A DNA stretch of 64,000 nt, taken from positions 3,720,001-3,784,000 of the forward strand of contig CM035357.1 in assembly GCA_020137815.1 (NCBI GenBank), given 5' to 3'. The notes under the pieces were generated by a model that saw only the letters and a list, made by a program, of their open reading frames with translations, had not been told where the DNA came from and searched no databases. The position numbers and the translations under genes were made by a program. Below are positions 1 to 64,000 of the stretch, piece by piece. Source of the DNA: Hormiphora californensis. Taxonomy: Eukaryota; Animalia; Ctenophora. Every line of letters starts with the position of its first letter. Position 1 is the stretch's first letter.

Positions 1-48569
<48,569 letters not shown>

Positions 48570-48687
48570 CTAAATCTTGAGAGATAGTAGTTAGTAGCAG
48601 GTTAAACCATGCATTGTTTAGCTTTTTTACCACACACCACCGCAGTCCGCATTGGAATGCTCTTTTTTAGGTGTATCATGTATGCAC

Positions 48688-49290
48688 CATCATCATCATC
48701 ATCATCAATAAACATTTAATATACCGCTTTATAGCATATATTGGTAAGATAACACTTAAAAAAGATAAAACTTTACGGATACCTTCCTGCTTTCAAAAGC
48801 GGTTTTTCTCTACTTGATCAATAAATTAGAGTCCATGAGCTAGTGTTTATATAAATATCTAATTGTCCCTTGGTGCTTCTAACACCCTGTTTCCACGGAT
48901 TATGTAGCGACTTCCAGGGGACTGCTTTGCCTTCTCCTTCAGTTCAATCACTAGCTGCTTCCGTTCTTTCCGTTCTTCAACAGTTCTATCAGGAGAAAGA
49001 AAAACTTTACCAAACTTGTCGTTCCCTTTCAGCAGGGATTTCTTCGACAGGAGTGACATTTGAGCGTCTCTGCTCCTCAAAACGACTTTCACGGGTCTTG
49101 CAGACGAAGACTGCTTTCCCAAGCGCTCAGCGGATTTCACTTTCGGAGCCTCTTCAAGCTCACTAAAAAGAGACTTAATTTGAGTTTCAAGCTCATCACC
49201 ATTTACATTGTCTTTCAACTCTTCTAATCCATGGATGATGATGTTACACCCACGGTCCTCCGAAGCTGCAACGATAGCCGATTGAATCTT
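48688..49290 (-). mobile_element. LINE ORF1-like fragment joined to an L2-type tail ending in (GAT)n
   Basis: ORF 48859-49344: NIIIHGLEE...RLGK...RPVKVVL...VFLSPDRTVEER, resembling CR1/L2 ORF1; followed by gcggtatattaaat...(gat)n. Confidence 0.6.
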
Positions 49291-50245
49291 CTTTGGAGAT
49301 GGGTGACAAGTTACACGATTCTGCAATATACAGTTACAATTCACATTTTATATGAATATGAATATGAACTTCACAATTTATATCAAGTCAATATAAGAAA
49401 ATATATGACTCTCCCGCTCTTACACTATACGTATAAAATATAGTTAAAAATTAAGTACATTAATATACGCTTCTAGGCCGAGGCTAATAGCACAACAGCA
49501 GTTACCTAAAGCGGGACAAACACACACAGACGAACCAATGAGACGGGTAACAATGAGCTGAGAGCTAAACGGACAGATAGATTTAACCAGGTTTAATAAA
49601 TTACTAAAATCGAAAAGAAAAAGGCGAATAAGTTAGTTAAAAATACGGTAGTTACAAAACACCACCACACATACACACACACACACCGACACACACACAC
49701 ACACACCGACAAACACACAGAACTCACACTCAAACTCACACTCACACTCACACTTATACCCCAACACCCAAAAAATAAAGACATACACAAAACACAAATA
49801 AGTTAAGTTAAATAAGTTAATTAAAAAATGGTCATCTCACAAGAGAACACAAAGGTGCACACACAAACGGACACAGCACACCTAGACTACTTGGAAACAG
49901 TAAATCATGTTCAGCACACACATAATCGTTTACATAAAAATCGTTTACATAAAAATAGTAAGATTGTCATTGATAAACACATACTTATCATCACTTTCGA
50001 AGTGTTCATTTACAGTCTGCAGGAATAACTGCACTTTCAGCCGTTTTCGTAACGGTACACGTTTCTTGTAACTGTTTTCTCCTGGCCCATACTCGGCCAA
50101 TTCTCGACTACCCTCAGACTCTACTCCACATCTCAGTTGCCAAGATCCTACTAACCCATACACCCACCACACACAAACGAACAAGAATACGCACTCAAAA
50201 AACCCTAGCTCTGAACAATATGTGGAGGACGTCTCTCCTAACTCG

Positions 50246-50810
50246 GGATGGTGGTGAAGTAGGACGGATGGTGGAGGATAGGAGTGATGGTACTGTCTAG
50301 GACAGCTGATAGAGGATAGGAACAGGATGATGGAGGATAGGATGGATGGTGAAGGATGGATGGTGGAGGATAGGAAGGATGGTGGGGGATTGGACGGATG
50401 GTGGGGGATTGGACGGATGATGGAGGATGGGAGAGATGGTGGAGGATAGGACGGGTGGTGGAAAGTTTGACGAAAGATGGAGGATAGGACGGATGGTCGA
50501 GGATAGGACGAATGGTGAAAGGATGCAACAGATGGTGGTGGAGGATATTCCAGATCATGGTGGATGATAGGACGAATGGTGGAGGATAGGACGGATGGTG
50601 AAGGATAGGATGGATAGGATGGTGGAGGATAGAGCATATAGCATATGGTGGAGGATAGGACGAATGGTGGAGGATAGGACGAATGGTGGGGGATAGGACG
50701 GATGGTGGAGGAAAGGACGGATGGTGGAGGATAGGACAGATGGTGGAGGATAGGACGAAAAGTGGAGGATAGGATGGATGGTGGAGGATATGATAGTGGT
50801 TGAGGATAGA
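50246..50810. repeat. Degenerate ~18-nt purine-rich minisatellite (ggatggtggaggatagga)
   Basis: Directly visible. Confidence 0.85.
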
Positions 50811-50920
50811 ATCTATGAAAGGATTCAGAGGTCAGGATTCAGGAGGTCAGAGGAAATCGAAAGATCATTCAGGTTACGATCATACTAGGTATTGTATGTA
50901 TGATATCATAGGAACGGAAG

Positions 50921-51454
50921 TTAGCCATAGGCAATGTTGAACAGGTGAGTCTTCAGTGATTTCTTGAATGTTGCTACAGACTCTGATTTCCTGATTAATT
51001 TTGGAAGTCTGTTCCAGAGTTTAGGTGCAGCAATGCTAAATGCTTTCTCGGTAACCTTGTACTTGCAGTGGTACTCCTCTAATCTTGTGTCATCGTCATC
51101 TACTCTGAGTTTCTTGGACTTCGCCTGCCTCTTCTGGATCATCTCAGTGATGTAGCATGGAGATTTACCATTAAGTGCATTGTATACCATTAGGCACATT
51201 TTGTACTTGATGCGTTGGTTGATTGGAAGGAAGTGGGATTTCTTTCTCAATTCGGTTACACCTCTTCTGCTGCGCTGACCGTATATAAATCGTGTGGCCG
51301 CGTTTTGGAGTACTTGGAGACGTTTTATATCGGATTCCTTCGAACCAAGGAGTAGGGCATTACAGTAATCGATCCTGGAGTGTATCAGGGTGTTGACAAG
51401 AAGAGTCTTCTGGTTCTTGTTTAGCTTACTAGCTATCCTCCACATGTTTACCAA
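50921..51454 (-). mobile_element. L2/CR1-clade LINE, ORF2 C-terminal fragment
   Basis: LIHSRIDYCNALL..LQVLQNAATR..HFLPINQRIKYK..AFSIAAPKLWNRLP..FKKSLKTHLF. Confidence 0.85.
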
Positions 51455-52011
51455 CTGTAGATTATGAGGGAGCCTTATGTCAGACTGACATTTTCAGTTG
51501 AAAATAGGAAAACACACGAAAGAAACGTGAACTCTAAAGAAAAAAACTTTGGAACACGACTGTGCGGGTGTACCAGTATAGTGTTGTGTTGGCACACGGA
51601 GAAGGTGGGAGAGGGACACACGTGAACTCTAAAGGTTTTGTTTTGAGTTTGCGAACACGGATTTGAAAATTGAAAAAAAATAATGATAAATCTATTCTTA
51701 ACATTACGCGCCGCGGCGTCTTAAATGCATCGCTTATTGTTTATTTAACGCGCCAGCGGGACACACTACACAGAGAAAATATTCTGTTGTTGACGCAATT
51801 CGTAAAAATGACCAAAAATCATGGACGTCCTTTTTTGAATCGTTTTTAAACAACGAAACAATAGGGCAGCCCTCTTGTTTCGCTGTTTACATCTGACTAG
51901 TGGACCCAGGCCATCCTACGGATGGCCTACAATTAATTGATTACTCAAGCGACGTACACTAAACTAAAAACACCTATAAGCCTGTCAAAACGTGTTTCAA
52001 CCTAGAACTCA

Positions 52012-53271
52012 CTAGAGGCAAGCCAATTCCGGTTGTTCATCCTAGGTATAGGTCTCTTAAACATAAAAAACCAAAATGTCAGTCTCAATTATTTGGGGGA
52101 AGGTGTGTAATTACCCCCTAATTGATTGGTAATTGAGCACAAGGGGAAAAGGCTGTATCTACCCTTAGGAAAGGAGTAGAGACAAAATTAAGGGCACCAA
52201 AGTGTTCAGCGTCCTCGCATTAGTGGGGGTAGGTGCCGGAATGAAGTCTCTATCTCATCTGGTTAATTAGATAATTGGATAATTAGGTATGCGCTATAGC
52301 CGTTTGCTGGCCATATGGCTATAGCCATGTTAGGAAAGGAGTAGAGACAAAACCGAGGGCACTAAAATTATCAGCGTCCTCGATTTAGTGGGGTAGGTGC
52401 TGAAATTAAATCTCTATCTCATCCGGTTAATTAGATAATTGGATAATTAGTTTTGCGAATAACCGTTTTTAGGCTATATGGCTATAGCCACTTAGGAATG
52501 GTTTAGAGACTTTTCATTGGTGCCATTTTGTAGGCAATGGCCAAGTTATGGGGGGTCGACGTCGGAATTTTAAGCTCTATCTTCAACCGTTTAGCCGTTA
52601 TTTGGCTTTAAAGGTGCTCAAAATGAGCAAAAAACGGTAAAAAGCCCGATTTTTACTCATTTTCAGCACCTTAAAAGCCAAATAACGGCTAAACGGTTGA
52701 AGATAGAGCTTAAAAGTCCGACGTCGACCCCCCATAACTTGGCCATTGCCTACAAAATGGCACCAATGAAAAGTCTCTGAACCATTCCTAAGTGGCTATA
52801 GCCATATAGCCTAAAAACGGTTATTCGCAAAACTAATTATCCAATTATCTAATTAACCGGATGAGATAGAGATTTAATTTCAGCACCTACCCCCACTAAT
52901 TCGAGGACGCTGATCATTTTAGTGCCCTCGGTTTTGTCTCTACTCCTTTCCTAACATGGCTATAGCCATATGGCCAGCAAACGGCTATGCGCATACCTAA
53001 TTATCCAATTATCTAATTAACCAGATGAGATAGAGAATTCATTCCGGCACCTACCCCCACTAATGCGAGGACGCTGAACACTTTGGTGCCCTTAATTTTG
53101 TCTCTACTCCTTTCCTAAGGGTAGATACAGCTTTTTCCCCTTGTGCTCAATTACCAATCAATTAGGGGCTAATTACACACCTTCCCCCAAATAATTGAGA
53201 CTGACATTTTGGTTTTTTATGTTCAGGAGACCTATACCTAGGATGTACAACCGGAATTGGCTTGCCTCTCG
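52012..53271. mobile_element. ~1.26-kb near-perfect palindrome (foldback element)
   Basis: gaggcaagccaattccggttgt.catcctaggtatagg is mirrored at 53231-53269; the arms meet near 52640 and contain internal direct repeats. Confidence 0.85.
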
Positions 53272-53344
53272 TGACTTCAAGGTTTGGCCAAAAATCGACA
53301 CGTTTTGACAGGCTTACTAGGAAATTCCTCGTTTTTCGTATCGC

Positions 53345-53485
53345 TCTGTTTCTCTGTCTATGTGTCTCTCTGTCTGTATGTCTGCATGTCTCTCTGTCTC
53401 TGTCTCTGTCTCTGTCTCTGTCTCTGTCTCTGTCTCTGTCTCTGTCTCTGTCTCTGTCTCTGTCTCTGTCTCTGTCTCTCTCCTT

Positions 53486-53533
<48 letters not shown>

Positions 53534-53663
53534 CTGTCTCTCTCTCTCTTTTCTGTCTCTCTCTCTCTCTTTTCTGTCTCTCTCTCTCTCTCTTTTCTGT
53601 CTCTCTCTCTCTCTCTCTCTCTTTTCTGTCTCTCTCTCTCTCTTTTCTGTCTCTCTCTGTCTC

Positions 53664-53700
<37 letters not shown>
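53345..53700. repeat. (CTCTGT)n/(CT)n microsatellite
   Basis: Directly visible. Confidence 0.9.
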
Positions 53701-53702
<2 letters not shown>

Positions 53703-54079
53703 TCTATCCAATTTCTCGTGTCTGTCATTTCTCATGGATATGAGTGCATGACAAAAAATTTCGAGGCCCCCCTTTTTTTGGGTCATTTTAAATTTGGGCC
53801 CCTTTTCCCTTATCCCCCTAAAAAGGGGAAAAATAACCAATTTCCCCCAAAAAGTTTTTTTCCCTTTTTGGCCTTTCCCTTAATTTTTTTTGTCTAATTT
53901 TAATTTTTCCCCCAAAAAAACCCCCCAAAAATTAAAATTTTGTTTTTTCCAATTTTAAAAACCCCCTCCCCCCAACCCCCCCAGGACGTGAAACCTTGGG
54001 GATTTTTTTTTTTTCTTTCTTTTTTTTCTAATTTTCCCCCTTTTTTTTTTCCCCCCCCCCTTTTCCTCTTGGGCTTTTT

Positions 54080-54110
<31 letters not shown>

Positions 54111-54205
54111 TTTCCCCTTCCGGGGGGTTTTCCCTTTTTTCCTCTCTCTTCTTTCCCCCTTTTTTGGGGTTTTTGGCCCCTCTTTTTCTTTTGTTTTTTT
54201 TCTTT

Positions 54206-54240
<35 letters not shown>

Positions 54241-54599
54241 CCTTTTCCCTTTCCCTCCCCCCCCCTTTTTTTTTTTTTTCCCCCCTTTTTAAAGGGTTTT
54301 TCCCTCCCCCTTTTTTTGGGCTTTTTCCCCTTTTTCTTTCCCCTTTTTTTTTTTTTCCCCCTTTGGTTCTTTCCTTTTTTTTTCCCCCCTTTTTTCTTTT
54401 GGGGGTTTTTTCTTTTTTTTTGGGTTCTTTTTTTTGGGGGGCCCGGGTTCCTCTTTTTCCCTGGTTCCTCTTTTCCCCTTCGTTTCTTTTTCCCTCTCTC
54501 CTTTTTACATTCTTTCTCTGTCGTTTTTGTTATTTTCTACCTATGGGGGGAAATCATCACGCACAGTGGATATGGGTAAATGTGGGATCTAAACCACGG

Positions 54600-54820
54600 G
54601 AGATTGATATCACTGGGGTGATCTGATCATGGGTGGGGTGATATGATCCTCAATGGGATGATCTGATCTTCGGTGGGGGGATCTGATCCTCAGTAGGGTG
54701 ATCTGATCATGCATGTGGGGTGATCTGATCCTCAGTAGGGTGATCTGATCTTGGGTGGGGGGATCTGATCCTCAGTAGGGTGATCTGATCATGCATGTTG
54801 GGTGATGTGATCTGATCTTG
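54600..54820. repeat. ~20-nt minisatellite (gggtgatctgatcctcagta)
   Basis: Directly visible, about 10 degenerate copies. Confidence 0.8.
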
Positions 54821-55219
54821 ATGACGACGATTTAGGGACCACCAAACATGCATGGGTGGGATCAAGTTTCGGGTGTTTTTGCATTATATAGTAAGATAGT
54901 GACAATCTCCGTATCTGTCTGGCGCCGCGACCCATCTGAGCGCACTGTCTGTCAATTTGAGAATCAAATGGGGTATGGCGCCGCCATACAGCTCCGTATC
55001 AAGGATGATAATGAAAACCTCGAAAAAACCTCCTAATTTGGACCAATAAATAACGAGCGATATCATTGTTTAGGTGCAAAATTAAAAGACTTAATCACAA
55101 TATAAGAAACGGTAAAACAGTCCTCACTCTCTCCCTGTCAGGCCAATGCAGCTCTGACAGCACGCTCCACTAATATATCCGCTGTATCGTTATACTAGTG
55201 ACAGTTCCCTGTATCGAGA

Positions 55220-62352
<7,133 letters not shown>

Positions 62353-62815
62353 GGTCTAGAGAGGGTGGGGGTGTTAGCACTGTAAATGGTCTAAAGAGGG
62401 TGGGGGTGTTAGCACTGTGTGGTCTAGAGAGGGTGGGGTGTTAGCACTGTGAATGGTCTAGAGAGGTTGGGGTGTTAGCACTGTGTGGTCTAGAGAGGGT
62501 GGGGGTGTTAGCACTGTGTGGTCTAGAGAGGTTGGGGGTGTTAGCACTGTGTGGTCTAGAGAGGGTGGGGGTGTTAGCACTGTGAATGGTCTAGAGAGGG
62601 TTGGGGTGTTAGCATTGTGTGGTCTAGAGAGGGTGGGGTGTTAGCATTGTGTGGTCTAGAGAGGGTTGGGTGTTAGCATTGTGTGGTCTAGAGAGGGTGG
62701 GGGTGTTAGCACTGTGTGGTCTAGAGAGGGTGGGGTGTTAGCATTGTGTGGTCTAGAGAGGGTGGGGGTGTTAGCATTGTGAATGGTCTAGAGAGGGTGG
62801 GGGTGTTAGCACTGC
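62353..62815. repeat. 14-copy tandem array (~33 nt) of the splice acceptor directly upstream of the ESD ATG
   Basis: Minus-strand unit gtgctaacacccccaccctctctag|acca; the last copy reads ag|ACCATGAGC. Confidence 0.9.
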
Positions 62816-63276
62816 GAATTTGAAATATTTTGGATCATGTTACATGAAAAGAAAGATGGTGTGTTGGTCTTGAAACAACCGAAAAAAAAGTCGGCCAAGG
62901 TTTTTCAAGAGTAATTTTTTGAATTTTGGCGGCGTACACCTGTAAAAATGCTGCAAGGCACCCACATAATATATTGATCGCGGCTGATTTGCACACGAGT
63001 GACGAGGGGATCGTCAGCAAATTTGAATTTGCGGAGCGTTTTTAAAAAGGCGAAAAAACGTTGGCATACGTTGCAGGCCCCTTATAATATAATATCGTTG
63101 CGGGGGTGCGCGCATGAGGGGGCTGCAGCGCATTCCAAGAAAAAACGAAAGAACAAACTTTTTGCTGCATAAAAACTTTTTTCTACAAAGCTCTATCATG
63201 CGCGCTGCGCGGCGGGAAAATGCGTTGTAATAACTGTTTGACAGCGCTTTCCGTCAGCAGTAAAGTCACACTAAAA

Positions 63277-63840
63277 AGAATAGAGAATAGAGAATAGAGA
63301 ATAGAGAATAGAGAATAGAGAATAGAGAATAGAGAATAGAGAATAGAGAATAGAGAATAGAGAATAGAGAATAGAGAATAGAGAATAGAGAATAGAGAAT
63401 AGAGAATAGAGAATAGAGAATAGAGAATAGAGAATAGAGAATAGAGAATAGAGAATAGAGAATAGAGAATAGAGAATAGAGAATAGAGAATAGAGAATAG
63501 AGAATAGAGAATAGAGAATAGAGAATAGAGAATAGAGAATAGAGAATAGAGAATAGAGAATAGAGAATAGAGAATAGAGAATAGAGAATAGAGAATAGAG
63601 AATAGAGAATAGAGAATAGAGAATAGAGAATAGAGAATAGAGAATAGAGAATAGAGAATAGAGAATAGAGAATAGAGAATAGAGAATAGAGAATAGAGAA
63701 TAGAGAATAGAGAATAGAGAATAGAGAATAGAGAATAGAGAATAGAGAATAGAGAATAGAGAATAGAGAATAGAGAATAGAGAATAGAGAATAGAGAATA
63801 GAGAATAGAGAATAGAGAATAGAGAATAGAGAATAGAGAA
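63277..63840. repeat. Perfect heptamer satellite (AGAATAG)n
   Basis: Directly visible, about 80 copies. Confidence 0.95.
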
Positions 63841-64000
63841 TTAGCCCTTTTTCCTCGCTCCCTAATTCAATTGATATTGTACATTTCCGCTTGTACAACT
63901 ACAACAGCTAAGCTATTCTATTCTACTCAGATAAAAAGTTTCTACCAAGTTACTGCAATTGTGCCTGTAATCCGATCCATAAAATATCACTGTGTTTGTC

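Noticed and set aside
48631-48679. Alternative PC first coding exon MIHLKKSIPMRTAVVC
   Set aside because: It ends in phase 1 and is out of frame with the downstream exons; 48510-48569 fits better. It could still be a 5' UTR exon.
53750-54500. Phe/Pro-rich ORFs
   Set aside because: Homopolymer-dominated, low-quality sequence.
63277-63840. Telomeric repeat
   Set aside because: Not TTAGGG-like and flanked by unique sequence on both sides.

Overview
Repeat-rich animal genomic DNA, probably a ctenophore (inference from the GPCR NKL motif, the nested-gene architecture and the repeat families; not verified). Two spliced housekeeping genes lie on the minus strand. Pyruvate carboxylase (PC) has 26 coding exons traced from the ATG at 48569 to the window's left edge. 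S-formylglutathione hydrolase (ESD) has 8 exons, 62352-55220. PC intron 6 (27912-47333, 19.4 kb) holds four antisense actin genes, each with a CArG/TATA promoter, plus a C-type lectin gene and a FLYWCH-MULE transposon. PC intron 19 (7787-21628) holds an intronless same-strand GPCR and stacked palindromic non-autonomous DNA transposons. The most unusual signal is that splice junctions themselves are repeatedly amplified into tandem arrays: 28 copies of an ESD acceptor plus exon start, 14 copies of the acceptor before the ESD ATG, 5 copies of a PC acceptor, about 25 copies of a PC donor, and one duplicated donor. Scattered single-base frameshifts and homopolymer-rich tracts point to an imperfect long-read consensus. 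All coordinates were read by hand.
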